From NCBI RefSeq assembly GCF_009914755.1, contig NC_060939.1: 64,000 bases of DNA, one strand, 5' to 3'. The position numbers were made by a program, and so were the translations under genes. Shown here piece after piece: positions 25,734 to 40,046 of this stretch. The DNA is from the human T2T-CHM13v2.0 reference genome, Homo sapiens. Under the pieces are notes generated by a model. That model ran no database searches and was not told the DNA's origin. It worked only from the letters and a program-made list of their open reading frames with translations. How positions within the stretch are numbered: position 1 is the first letter of the stretch; every line of letters starts with the position of its first letter.

Positions 25734-26450
25734 CTGCAAAAAGATAATATGACTCAACATGGTTGCTCTGTCATTCCTTTACCTGCTTTCCACATTTCAA
25801 TGCAAGTTTACTCTGCCTTGATTACTTAAATGACCTTTAAGTTTAGCAGTACAAAACTGTAAAATCTCCCAACCTTTCCTAGGATAAGATTATGCAAGAA
25901 GAGTCTGACATTAGTGTTTAACCTCCCCAACTTCCCCAACCTCTCCAGCATCACTTGATTCCACTGTGTATACTAGGGGTGTCTTCTTTAGGTACAGAAG
26001 AGCAAGTGGCATCCTCCGTGATCCTGCAAACACTGCTCCAGAACGGAATGCTCTGGACTGTGGGCTGATTTGCTCCTTGTCCCTCTCTTGCACAGATGTA
26101 AAGATGCTTCAGTGGATTCTCTCTCCTGGTTAACATCCCAGTGACCCACATTTAGGAGAGCCGAACTATTGCCAGTGTATTGTTGAGGCCAATGGCAGGC
26201 TATTCTGATTGTTCTGTTGGCTAATAATAATCATAAGCACATAGCATGTCACCTGGCCTCCACCTAGCTTGCTTGTCTTTTGGTTTATTTTTCTTCTTGA
26301 AACTGGAATTTTCATAGCCATGTTCATTACTGTTGCAAAATGAATATATGTAAAATATAAAGAGCTAAAACTCTAATATCATCCACTAGAAATGCTCTAG
26401 AAATGATCCCAAGAAAGATGTGGCTTTTGTAAGAACAGCATATTTGATAC

Positions 26451-26615
26451 CTCCTCCTTGGCAATCCGCATATCATCAGTGACGTTGGAAAACACTGTGG
26501 GCTCAATGAAAAACCCCTTTCGGCCCAGTCCTTTGCCTCCACATTCCAGCTTGGCGCCCTCAGCCACACCACTCTGGATGAGTTCCAAGATCTTGTTGTA
26601 CTGTTTCTTATCAAT
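26451..26615 (-). CDS. ALDH1A2: ALDH1A2 exon 10 (165 nt, [27 protein letters not shown]...RIAKEE)
   Basis: AG/GTatca boundaries; ORF 26397..26588. Confidence 0.97.
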
Positions 26616-27786
26616 CTGTGGGAGACAAGACTTAATGACTCCAAATATAACCTTCTATGAAAATGGAAATAAGTATGTTCTTGAGAATCTTTCATTTTAG
26701 GGTTTTTTTCAAAGTTTAACTACACCCAGTCAGATCATATAAAACTGCTGTTACTTACCAATTTTTGACCTACAAAAAACTGGCAATTTTGTATGGTTAA
26801 TCCTAATATATCGACGATTCCAATAAATGTACTGCTCTGATGATATTGCCTAATCAGAAGTACCAGCTGAACATTTAGAAAAATGTTTCAAAATGATGGA
26901 GACACTGGCTAATTTACTATTCAATGTTCATATGAGGGAAAATTGACTTTTATAATTAAATGAGTAACTTAGCAAGTTGTATTGACAGTAAAAAGAGGCA
27001 AAAATTAGCACACAGCCTTTTTAGATAGTGCTACATACCCAATCTTATTGTGGTTTGTTTTTAAAGGAATTCCTATTACACTTTTAGAGGAACTTTAGAG
27101 GAAAATATTAACAGTAAAGAGTGAAGGATGAGCTTCCTAGTCCAAAAAAAAACAAGGTCAGTCTTCCCCCAAAAAACTGACGGAGTTATCATTTGCTTAT
27201 TATGGTAAATAACACAAAAACCTACATTTACCCAAGTTTGAATGGCTCAGCCAGAACATCAATCTTCTCTTGAATAATCCCTAAACCCATGCTTTAGTGA
27301 CCCATATAAGAGCTGGTCCAGGTTCCTTCTGAAAATTCTCAGAACCTGTCTACAGATTAAAACCAGAATTCCCTTTAGAAATATGCCTCGATGATTACGG
27401 TGAACCTGCAGAGGAGGCTGTTCAGGAGAGACTTTGTGGCCCTCCCCACCCCACTGAAGTACACGAGGCCTTCAGATTAAGAAATAACCATACAGCAAAA
27501 GGGAAGTGAGCCAGCCCTTCACCTCCTACACTTTCACAAGCTACAGGGGATCTGTCCAGACTGGTTCAGGCTGCTGGAGAGACTCCTTGGCAGCTCGTAA
27601 AAGGATAGATGGCTCTAGGAAAGAAAGATATCTACCCTCCTTGACTGTGGCATCTGTAGGGATGTCCTAAAGTTCAGTGATTGGAAGGACTGGGACTGGG
27701 TTCTAGTGTCCAGACCCATCTTGTCATACTCATGGCTTTCTTTAGAACTGAGAGACTCCAGCTTAGTCCCAAAGGTCAGAATATTC

Positions 27787-28083
27787 TTTTTTTTTTTTTT
27801 TTTTGAGACGGAGTCTTGCTCTTTCGCCCAGGCTGGTGGAGTGCAGTGGCACAGTCTGTAAGCTCCATCTCCCGGGTTCACGCCATTCTCCTACCTCAGC
27901 CTCCCGAGTAGCTGGGATTACAGGTACCCGCCACCTCGCCCGGCTAATTTTTTTTTTGTATTTTTAGTAGAGACGGGGTTTCACCATATTAGCCAGGATG
28001 GTCTCGATCTCCTGACCTCATGATCCGCCTGCCTCGGCCTCCCTAAAAGCTGAGATTACAGGCGTGAGCCACTGCGCCCGGCC
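27787..28083 (-). mobile_element. AluY-like element in intron 9
   Basis: Poly-T followed by gagacggagtcttgctct...aagctcc...cccgggttcacgccattctc...cgcccggcc; TSD agaatattct on both sides. Confidence 0.93.
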
Positions 28084-28325
28084 AGAATATTCTTAAAGTA
28101 ATGGTAATCCCATAGTTTTTCAGAGATAAAACTTAGAAAGGGACAGAGAAGCATAAGAAATAAGCAATCCCTCTCTGGCTCCATTTCCAGCCACGAAGAC
28201 ATGGTGGAGAATAAAGGAGTCAGCCGAAAAGGAAGATGTCGCTTTGCTGGGACCTACTACAGTGTACACAGTTCTGTGCCAGTCAAGGATTAAGTAAACA
28301 AAGGGAATGGTTATGATTTTTCTAC

Positions 28326-28510
28326 CTGGGGACCCTGCTCAGTGGTGGGGTCAAAGGGACTCCCCACTATGCGCCTCTTGGCCCGCTCCACGCTTCTTCT
28401 CACAAACTCCTCATAGATGGACTCCTCCACGAAGATGCGAGAGCCTGCAGTGCAGCACTGACCTTGATTGAAGAACACACCCTGGTGGGCCTGCTCCACA
28501 GCATAGTCCA
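28326..28510 (-). CDS. ALDH1A2: ALDH1A2 exon 9 (185 nt, [24 protein letters not shown]...TTEQGPQ; catalytic Cys)
   Basis: [12 protein letters not shown] cysteine active-site signature; AG/GTagaa boundaries; ORF 28311..28538. Confidence 0.97.
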
Positions 28511-30165
28511 CTACAAGAGGAAACAGCCATGTTCTCACTGCTTTGCCTGGGGAGGGGCCTGTCTATGAAGCCGCCTCCCTCCCCTCTCCAAAGCCCTAGG
28601 TATAGTGTGCTCACTGCATGACATAACCATGAATAGCCCTGGATTGGGAATGCAACTAGTTCTAACTACACCCTGACATGCTATGTGAACTTGAACAACT
28701 TCACTTCTTTGGGTCTCTTTCTTATTCTGCAAACAGAGGTACTGAACCTCGTGTATAACAGGAGTCTCAAACCCCTATATACCACAGGGCTTGGGAGATA
28801 AGGTACAGGTATGAGTCTGCCAGGTGGTAAAGCAATGTAATGGAGGGGCTAAGAAGGAAAGCCACTACATTTAATCATTGCCATGCATAAATATGAGCCC
28901 CAGGTTGCCAGATCTTCTCAATTTTCACAGAAATCAATATTTTAATGTGCAGTTCTTGTTTTGAACATAGTGTAATGTTTAGACAGGTAAACATGTCTAT
29001 ATTTTGTATTTGGCCAATTTACAACTCCTAAATCTACAGGGCCTTGGGGCTGTATGTTTGGTACTTGGGGGATTAAACCGTAACACCAATGGGTCTTCTT
29101 TGAAGACACTAAATTTCCTCTAGATTGACATGGACTTGTGTAAAATCCTATGATAACTCTTCCATATTCATCCCTTATATCTTACACTTCAAAACAGCTT
29201 AATCTGACGTGCATTAGTTGCTAAATGACCGACTGACTGAATAAATGAATCAGTCAATGTTAGGGAGATGAAGTTCCTACTCCTCAAGAGGAACAGGCAT
29301 AAGGATTCTGATTTTCTTGACAACTAATATAAAGCTAAAGCTGAACTCTGCAAATTCCAAGCTGGGGCTGAAATTCAAGCAATCTGCTTTTGGTTTTCTG
29401 ATCTCTCTGGTGGTGAGACTGGGAAAGCAGCTCTGCCTGGCGACAAGTGGAGGGAAAAAAAAAAAAGAATCACTGAATGAGATGGTGGGATTTCCTTACC
29501 TGGAGAGCTTTTCAAACAGAAACGTCACACCTGTGCAGAATGGCCTAGGTGGCATCCTTCCTAGAGACATGGGGTTTCTCAGTTACTGCTCTAAGCCTCT
29601 GTAAGGTCCTACTGGCAAGTGGAATCATCCCAGCTTTAGGACTACTCATACCGAACTGACCCACGTGTGCTGTCATCCTAACTGAAAGTCATGCGAGCAA
29701 CAGAAAGGGGCTGGAATTGACTAAACAGAGAAGGGGCTGTGGGTTTGGAAAATGCTGGCAGGGCTGGTCAAGTCGGATTTATTTAAAATGGTCTACCAGC
29801 CACCAGGCACAGTTGAAAAGTTACAGATTTATTGAATCTAGGCAGAGAGACTATCCTTCAGGTGCTCAGCAGCTGAGACCACTGCTGTTGAACCATATGC
29901 CACTGACCAAGCCTTCATCTCATCCCCCTATTCTACAACATCACAGATTCAAAATGGCTCATTAGTGTCTAGAAAACAACTGGTTCAGTCGTCAACTGAA
30001 AAGTGCTCTTTCCCCATTATTAAACCATTTTCTCCTTAGAGGAGATCTTTTTGATTGCCCTTAGCTTCAAATATCTTTTGCTAGTGTCCTATCAAAAGTG
30101 GAGATATAAAAGAGAGCACCAAAGGGTGTGTGGTGGTTCATGTATGGGACCTGTAGTTGACTTAC

Positions 30166-30268
30166 AGTCAGCATCAGCAAAAATAATATTAGGACTTTTG
30201 CCTCCAAGTTCCAGAGTTACTCTCTTCAAATTACTTCTTCCAGCTGCTTCTTGGATAAGCTTTCCAAC
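30166..30268 (-). CDS. ALDH1A2: ALDH1A2 exon 8 (103 nt, [34 protein letters not shown]; catalytic Glu)
   Basis: [12 protein letters not shown] glutamate active-site signature; AG/GTaag boundaries; ORF 30092..30301. Confidence 0.97.
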
Positions 30269-31574
30269 CTGAAAGAAGGGAAATGGAGACAGGTTTTGCA
30301 AATCCTGCAGGTGAGACAGTCACCGGCCAATGCCAGCTCAGGGCATCAATGGGATGCAACAGTAACAAACCCTAAAAGGCAAGCCAACCCAGCTCTTGTC
30401 ATCAGCTTGGGTTACAAGATGTAAGTTAGTGGGGTACAGTTTAATGTCCATGCTGGAGTGAACTGGAAGACAGCTTTAGTTTCATGATGGAAGGACTAAG
30501 GAAAAGGGAGTTAAATCTGGAATCTTAATCACTGAAAGATTTCTCTAAAGACAACTGGCAAGAAAAATGTAACTGGAGATTTCAGTCACTGCATTGTGGC
30601 CTTTAGCTTTGGACTCCGGCTCCAGAAAAAAGCCAACTGGTGCCACTTGAAAGATATCATGAGGATAAAACAAATTGTTCATGTATCTCCTAAAATGCCA
30701 GGCATGCTTTTTATTACATGCTCCAAAGAGACTATCAATATTACACCTTTGCCTCTGCCTAGAGCTACAGTAAAAGGATACCAGACAGTTGAGAATCTCT
30801 CTTTTTGTGCAATCTTGTAAATGCCGTTTATCTTGAATCCAAGTAAACAAGAGGCTGAGTTAGGAGAAAGCACTTGCCAATGAGTAGACTCACATTGGCA
30901 ATGAAAATGAAAGTGTCATAATGGAAGCAAAGATCCACCACTTAGAGCCCCTGCTCAAGGCAGAACTCTACCTCAGTGATGGGGAATGCTGTTGGGAGAC
31001 AGCCTGCAGCTGTCACCTCCTTCAGGGTCCACCTCAGCTGAAAAGAGCTCCCTTGCCCAAGGAGAAGCCCTCTTCCAAGTGGCCCATATCCACCCACTGG
31101 TGGTGGCAGGGTTTGTATAAAGGTCCTACCCTTTCAGCCCAGCACAGGACTGGGCTCTGAGGGACGGTATATACTCCATGATGACCCAAGTGACTGGCAG
31201 AGGCTGTGTCAGGCCTGTGTTGCAGTTCCACTTCCCCAGGGCCACTCCCCTTCAGCAGGGATCCCTAGTAAAATCCTGCAAGCTAAACTCCAACTCCGTG
31301 AATGCTCCCTGGGAACCTAACCTACAACAGGATGCGACTCCACTGGAGAGCACATATCACTTTATGGAAAATGCAGAGCAGAGCCGCCATATAGTCCATA
31401 GAGGCAATTTGGTCTTGTTGAGATGAAAAAATGTTATTTGTTCCTGAAATTTTCCTGAAAATTAAATATTTTAAAAGCGGGGGAAGAGAAACGCTACATT
31501 CACTTTCAACTCCTGCAGTCCCTTGTTGAGATCCTCCAGTGGGACTAACGACTTCGCAGGCAGCGGAGAACCCC

Positions 31575-31815
31575 AGCTGGGAGAAAAGGCTCTGGAGCCA
31601 GACTGCCTGGATTTTTTTTTTTTTTTTTAACCAGTTCTGTCACTTCGTAACTGTTTGAGCCTAGGAAATTTATTTACTATCTGAGCCTTGGATCCTCCTC
31701 TGTAGGGGGGGATAAAAATACTATGTACTTCAGAATTATATTTTGAGGATTAAGTGGTGTACCATATATGACACTTAGAACCCAGCCTGGCACACAGTAA
31801 GTGTGCAGACATGCT
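31575..31815 (+). mobile_element. MIR
   Basis: ggctctggagccagactgcctgg...gaggattaag...cctggcacacagtaagtg. Confidence 0.75.
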
Positions 31816-34800
31816 AACCATGAGCAAGTGTGAGAAGCCGGGGCCTCCCTTTTCTTCCACGTTCAATGGACAGAAATGGGGGTGATGTAAAGGAGACAGC
31901 TGGACCTTCCAAAGCAGGTCTCCCGTAGATCTCCCAAACTGCCTGTGCTGTTAACTCCTTCAGAAAAACACCGGGGAAACTCCAACTTCCCCTCAGTCTC
32001 CAATATCACTCATTAACTGTAACTCTGCCTCCTCCTAAAAAAGATTTTGAAAATGTATCCCCATCCTGAGAAAAGCTAACCTTAGGGGGAAAAAGTGATG
32101 TCTCTCAAAGATGCAGAACTAGAGTTTCTTGATTTGCTGAAAACATGACTTACCAAGGTGTTGGAAAATGCTAACACCTGTCCCTGAAGTTTGATGGGTG
32201 AGCTGTGGCCAACCTGCCAGACTGCCCTTCCCCCGCCCTTGCCATTTTGTGTCTCTTCCACTTCCACGCAAAGGCCTCAGGAAGACCTGGTCTCAGTAAA
32301 GGCCCTGTTCTCACACAGACATGGTCCTCTGAGAAGAAAACAGGCAAACACAAAGGGAAGGAGAATCTGGCCCTCTCTTCTGGGAATGCTGAAAATTATG
32401 ACTGGTAAGGGGGAACTCACACCGAAGGGCAACTGGGGAAACAGCAATCCTCTGACTTACTGCCAGCACTCAGGGAGGGGTGTTCCCTGAGGATGCTGTC
32501 ATCTGTGACTGTCTGCTCTTCTGAGAATGTCATTGTGCTTGCTCGCTCCACTCTGGGGGAATCCAAATTAACTGATGTGGACTCATTTTAAAGTCAAGGA
32601 AGATAAACAGGTAACTGCTTTCTCAACAAGACAATTACTGGAATTCACAAACATATTATTCATTAAATTAAACCAGTATTTATTGAGTAGTCTATGTTAG
32701 ATACTTACAAGCATTATGTCATTTAAGCCTCTCAAAAAACCCTACACAGTAGGTTTTATCTCATTTTAGAGATGAGCTAAATGAGTTAGAAGTTAGTGAA
32801 TGTCACCAGGCTCCCCAGCTGGTTCATGACAGAACCTGTTGGACTATCTGCAGGCTGATGCCAGAGCCCAGGCCTGGGATTACTCCCTCTCCTTCTCCCT
32901 TCCTTCCTCCCAGCATTCTGTCATTTTTCTGTTCTCTTTTCTACATTTACTGAGCACTAATGTGTGCCACATACCATCAAAATCTTATCCCTGCACTCCA
33001 AGCTGATTTCAAAGTAGGTAGGAATATCACCTCTTCTAGACAAAAATAATGTTCATAAATCATCAGTTACAAAACTTAGATTCTGCCTTCAGGATTATAT
33101 TCAAGAAACAAGCAAAAGCCAGGAAAAATCATGAGTTTTACACATAGTAAGATGCTGAGTAAATATTTGGGGTTGGCAGACACTGCTGGCCCAGCTGGCA
33201 TTACATTTCTGTTAGCCCTACTCCCTGATATTCATCAGACCATTCTAGAGGTTGATATTTTTTTGCCACTAGAAATGTCGGCCAGTGATTATTTTCATGG
33301 CTATGGTAACTATACAAAAGTAAAAGTTTCAGTCTATGATCATCAGAGAAGAATACCTAAGAATAATTTTCCTTGCATCAATGCTTTACCAGCCTTTCCT
33401 TAGAAAACAAATTTGTGCGCTGCACCCACTAACTCGGTAAACACAAGGCAAATCTCAGATGAATGATACCTTTCCCCTTCATCTTTGGAAGAAAGTCGAG
33501 TTATAGTTCAAGAAAGAATGGGATGTGTTAGGCTATGGGAGAACCACTTCCATCTGGAGTGGCCTCAGGACAGGACACTCCTAAACAACCCTGGTTTTCA
33601 CCAATGTCCTTCATTCAACACATATTCATAGTTCTCCTACTATGTGCCAGGTACACTGTTGGGCATAGTCCCTTACCAATAAGGAATTCACAGCTAAAAG
33701 GACTCCCATGTAAACCTAGTAGATGTTCAATAAATGTGGCTTTGCAGTCCACTAGAAAAAAAAATCTGGGTCTCATTTAATATTAGATCTGAACAGATTA
33801 AATTACAGTTCCTCAGTACTTTGTTATAACCCAAAGGTTTCCGAAGTCAAAGCCTGTGGGATTAGAAAGTATAAGAATGAACGAATTACGCATACAACAA
33901 AGGCCTAGGATTGACCAATCTTTCTAAAATGGAAAAGTTTAAGTGTGGTTCCTCAGGGATACTGTCCCTCCTGACATGACCAGAAGGTGGGAGTGCACGG
34001 CAAGATAAAGGAGGCTGCAAGGGTGCACACGTTTTCCAAGTGGTTAAAAGTCAAGTTAATAGAGCTGTACTTGATGATACCAAGTCCTATTCTGATGAAA
34101 TTGGTAATTTGTAAGATAAAACAGGTAAACATACAGTTTGAGAAATTAAATCCTGTATATGATGTAATATAGATTAAATAGGATAAAGGCACAGAGATCA
34201 AATTTTTAGTTCGCCATCACCTTTTCTTCCAAGCAGAAAAGATTTTACAACGTACTCGTGTGATACCTCCTGCCCCATTGCTGACAACCTGGCTAATTAT
34301 AACCATATTTAGGCTTATGGACGACAGTTTGGCCCACAGGAGTCAGAAGACCTGGTACTACAAACTCTGGCTTCTAATGAATCTTCAATTTGGGAAAGCC
34401 ACTTCTCCTCCTGGGTCTCAGCTTCTGCATCTGTAGAATGAAGGCACAGGCCAAGCAACAAATCTCTCCCTTAGTACTCCAGTTAATTGAAGGAGTTAAA
34501 AAAGACAGACAGGACTCCTGGGGACCCTGCTCATTCTGAGAGTCTGTTCACAATTCTTGTGTTTTTCTTGCCTTATGAAGCAGAAGTAGCTTGTTACAAG
34601 TAGAACACCACAGCTGCACTGAATGATGGAAAAACCTCATCTTTTTTTAGTTTCCCTGCCCAGAGCTCCTTATGAAAGAGTAAGTGATAGTGTTCCTATC
34701 ATGCAGTTCCTTAACTTTGCACTCCCTGCAGAGCCTCTCAGCTCTGTGTACCCCAAACATGCAAGGGCAGTGAACTGGGGGCTCCTCCACACATAATGAA

Positions 34801-35877
34801 ACTGGGCTAATTCTCAGCAGGAATGCTGGCACAGTTCAACTCTGACTCCCATCCTCGTTTGAATAGGCCTCAAGATTGATATCAGGAGTATCCCTGGAAG
34901 AGCCACAGTGTACTGGAATCATGTTCACAGCAATGCGGCAATGTAGGGGAAAGCAATTTGGGGCTTTGCAAGAAAAATAATTTGTTATACAGGACAAAAA
35001 GGAACACAAAAGGCTTTTCATGCCCTCTTTATTCAGGGCAGTTGCTCCCTGAACACAGTTTCTAAAGTTGGGTAAAATTTTTTTTTATTAATTACTCAGG
35101 TGAGTTCCTACTCAGAGCTATTTTATTACACATATCAAGGTAGATTTTTCTCAGCGATATAACACCTTTTTAAAAATGGAAAAATCTCTACTAGAGATCC
35201 CAGTAAACTAGTCAAAGATGCCTGTGTCTTGTAATATCTTTTCATAAATCCCAAACAGATTTACTCTCTGCTTCTTCCCTCTTCACCTTTCTTAATTTTC
35301 ATTGTTATGCTTCCTGGTTCCAACTGTGTTGGGAATAGAAATGCCAAAAATATGGGGATTGGGTGTTTGTCTTTCTGAAGTACCCAGAAATAACAGGCCA
35401 AATTAATCTGTCCAGATTTCCACCAGAAACAAACAGGACCAAGGCATCTAAGCAGTTCCTTTAAGTGGTAACAGCAGTTTAAACCTTTATCTGTGAAATT
35501 CAGATTATGAAGGCCAGTATAACCACTATGTTTCCAGCCTTCTGTCCCACCATTCCCACCACCACTCACCCACGACTCTAGGCACACAAAACCACTTGCC
35601 CTTTCTGGAACATGCCTGTGTGTCTTTGCATAAGCTGCTCCATCTACCTGCAGTGCCTTTTCACCCCTTGCTTACTTGATAAACTCATTTTTACAGAGAT
35701 AACTCTTTCACCTCCTCTGAGAAGGTAGCTTTCCTTCCCTACCCTCCCTACAGGGTTTGGTGTTCCTTCTCTGATCTCACAGTGCTATGTACGTAACTCT
35801 CACATTGTGCTTGTTTAATAGCTGTCTCCCCGACTACAATGACTGACTTTTAAAAAAATATGCATATGTACACAGAT

Positions 35878-36160
35878 TTTAAGACAGGGTCTCACTCTCT
35901 TGCCAAGGTTGAACTGTAGTAGTATGATTATGGCTCACTGCATCCTTGAAATTCTGAGTTCAAGCAATCCTCCCAACTCAGCCTGAGTAGCTGGGACTAC
36001 AGGCACTTGCCATCATGCCTGGCTAATTAAAAAAAAAAATTGGTACAGACAGGGTCTCACTATGTTGACCAGGTGGTCTCAAACTCTTGGCCTCAAGGGG
36101 TCCTCCTGCCTAGGCCTTGAAAGCACTGGGATGACAGGCCTGAGCCACCAGGGCCCAGAC
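35878..36160 (-). mobile_element. AluJ-like element
   Basis: agacagggtctcactct...caagcaatcctccc...tgagccacc; diverged. Confidence 0.85.
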
Positions 36161-36211
36161 AAACTTTCAATAATTTGTTAAGTCAATAAGCCAGAATACG
36201 AAAATTGCTTG

Positions 36212-36465
36212 AGAGCAGTGGTGTGATCACGGCTCACTGCATCCTTCAACTCCTTGGCCCAAGCAATCCCGCCATTCAGCCCCTTGAATAACTGGGGCTA
36301 CAGGTGCACACTACCAAGCCTGGCTAATTTATTTTTTATTTTTTTTTGCAAAGACTGGGGCTTGCCATCTTGCCCAGGCTGGTTTTGAACTCCTGGGCTC
36401 ACACGATCTTCTGGTCTTGATCTCCCAAAGTGCTAGAATTATGGGCGTGAGCCATCGTGTCCAGC
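36212..36465 (-). mobile_element. AluJ-like element (tail-truncated)
   Basis: gcagtggtgtgatcacggctcactgc...gaactcctgggctc...gtgagccatcgtgtccagc. Confidence 0.8.
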
Positions 36466-38591
36466 TAATGTTATTGTTGATTGAGCACCTATTCTGTCTA
36501 CTTGTTTTCACAAACATTATTTTATTTAATCTTCATGACAAAACTGGGAGGCAGGAATTATTATTCTATTTTATAATTGGAAAAAAAGACAAGACTCACA
36601 GAGGTCAAGAAATGACTTGCAAACAGGCACCCACTGAGTGGCAGAGCCAGGACTGGTCTCAGAATGTGCACACCAAGCCTCAGGCTCTTCTCCCTCCTCT
36701 TCTCCAGACCTTCTCCTGGGAATTGGTTCCCCTTTGCTGTGAGTAGCATTTTGACAGTTAAATGCATCATCTACCACTAACATGTTCAACTGCCTTGTAC
36801 ACTTAGCCATCCTTTTGTTACATAAGACTCTATTTCAGGTAAGCTTTAAAAATCAAGGTTTTGATTGTCTTGGTCTGCTTTGATAGGAAAAAGCATGGAG
36901 TAGTCAAGCCAAAAGTACTCTATGTCCCATTAACTAGGTGAGCTAAAGGGATCAACACCTTAGGACCTGCTCAAACTCAGCCTGAGTTTTGGGGAGAAAG
37001 CTAACTGCAGAATCTTTGACTTAGCATAGTTAGAGAATAAATCATGGAATCTCATCCAGCAGGCAGAGACTATACCATACTTATTCTTCAGTCTTCAAGT
37101 TTTAAGAATTTTTTAAAAAGAGAAGTTTTATGCTAATAGTTTAAAACCTACACAACCAAAGGTTTTTCCACATGAAACTGGTTTTTTCAATATTTTCATG
37201 ACATTCAAACTGGTATTTTTAAATAAAATACTGAATGATTCACGAATGGACTCACACAACCTTAGAAAAAGGCCTATTAGCTGTTTATAGCTAAAACTGT
37301 AGCAAGCCACTTCCCCCAACCTAAAATGAGGGGTGAAGCTAACTAGGAGAGAGCTGACCTGATTCATGACTCAAGCAGTAGAGATGGTGCTTGTATCATG
37401 CAACATGACATTTATCTCACTTAGGAAATAAAAGAACCCCAGCTGCGTAAATTAGAATGAGTGATAATACAGCTGTTAGCTACAAACATTTGTTTGGCAC
37501 GAATCAATCTGGACTCTGCTGTAGTTTGCTTTGATGGTCTCTCCACTATCTTGCTGCTAATGATGAGATCATTGTTTGTTAACCTGAGTAAAGAAAACAC
37601 TATACCAAGCAAAATGCATATTGTTTTCCTGTACTTTATTGAAGTTGTTTATTGACTTGTGTTTATAAGAGCTCTTTTATATTTATTAAATATTTACATG
37701 CACTGCTTATGTATTTAGCTGCATAAGGAGAAATTAATCCCATCTTTAATCTGAGTAAAGTTGTTGGCTTTCTAAAGGCCTTTTGCTTTAGTAAAATGGA
37801 AAGCAGCCACCTCAAATAAGCTTCTTCTTGTTAACTGTTCCAGACACTTTGTAATGTACCAATAGGTCCCATCTCCCTAAGGTAATCACAGCAGAAGCCA
37901 TGTTCTAATCCATATTTAAGTGACATGTTCACTCTGGAAGAATCTATACAACTTCTCAGGTAGCCTGCAAAGTTAGAATAAATGGATAAAGAAGTAAATA
38001 ACTACAGCTGAAAAGGGGTTTGGGGATTATGTGATCGTTTGATTTGCCTGTGAAAATTCTCCATCCACCACTACTAATATGGAAATTACAAATTGGCTTT
38101 TATATTCTAGACAAATGCCGCTCTCCCTTAAGTCCTCTAGTGTCTGCCAATAATGTCATTCCAGAGAAGAAACTAAGAGATAACCTAGAAGTCACGGGAT
38201 TAGTTCCCCTCCAAATGAATGTAAGCCTCTCTACAGAGAGAGAAGAATCAAATGTAGATTCTGTTAGAAAGTTTAGCTGAAAACTTGCTCTATTCACACT
38301 GTAATAGGCTACTTAATATTTTAACTATTCCTAAAAGCAAAACAATTCAAAGACCCACCTTCCACCCTATTCTCTTTCCCAAATTCTCCCTTCTCTCTCT
38401 CTCTCTCAGTTCCCTATTGAATATCTCAGTATTGGAAGATTGCATAGGTAGTTGTTAATGTTTTATTTGTGAAGATAAAAAAATTCCTGTTGTTATAAAG
38501 CTATAATAGTCAAAATAATGTGATACTTGCGATGCAACAGTCACACAGATTACTGAAACAGAACAGAGAGTACAGAAATAGACCCATATAG

Positions 38592-38945
<354 letters not shown>

Positions 38946-39808
38946 TCAGTGGAGGCAGGGTAGTCTTTTCAAGAAATGGTGCAGGAACTATTGTCATTAT
39001 CCATCTATCTAGCACTTGGATCCTTACCTCTCAACATACACAAAAGTTGAAGTAGATCATAGGCCTAAATGTAAAACACAAAACTATAAAATTTCTAGAA
39101 AAAAAGCATATGAGAAAGTCTTTGTGATCTTATGTTAGGCAAAGATTTCTTAGATACCATACCAAAAGCCTGATCCATAAAAGAAAATGTTAATAAACTG
39201 GACAACAAAATTAAAAACTTTAAGAGACACTGGGAGAAATTATTTGCAAAGCACAAAGGACTTTTATCCAGAATATACTAACAATTTTCATAATTCAACA
39301 ATGAGGAAAACAAACAACGCTTGTCTCCAAAGTGTGCAAAGATTTAAAGATACTTCACCAGAGAAGATATGCTGTGGCAAATACACAAATGAAAAGACAC
39401 TCAATGGTAGAGAATTGGAAATTAAAACCACATTGAGACAATGCTATATACCTATTTGAATGGCTAAAATGTAAAAGACTAACCACATCAAATGTTGGTG
39501 GGGATGTAAAGGAGTTCAAAGTCTTAAACATTGCTGGTAGGAATGTAAGATGGTATAACGGATTTGGAAAACAGTTTGGCAGTTTCCTGCCCTACCACAC
39601 AATCCAGCCATTCCATTCCTAGGTATTTACCTAAGAGAAAAGGACATGTCCATACAAATATTTGTACATGAATGTTCATAGAAGCTTTTATTAGTCCCAA
39701 ACTGAAAACAATCCAAATGTTCATCAGTGGCTGAATGGATAAACAAACATACAACAAATGGATAAATCCAAATGTTCATCATTGGCTGAATGGCTATTAA
39801 ACCTGATA

Positions 39809-40046
39809 CAGGTTGAACATCCCTTATCAAAATGTGTAGAACCAGAAGTGTTTTGGATTTGGGATATTTTTTCAGATTTTGGAATATTTGCATTATACTT
39901 ACCAGTTGAGCACCCCGATCTGGAAATCCAAAATCCAAAATGCTCCAATGAGCCTTTCCTTTGAGCATGATGTTGGTGCTCAAAATGTTTCAAGTTTTGG
40001 GAGCATTCCAGATTTCAGATTTTTTGAATTCAGAATAGTTAAACTA
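39809..40046. mobile_element. Tigger4/MER46-like Tc1-mariner MITE
   Basis: TA-flanked caggttgaacatccc...aaatccaaaatccaaaatgctccaatgagc...; interrupts the L1M. Confidence 0.75.
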
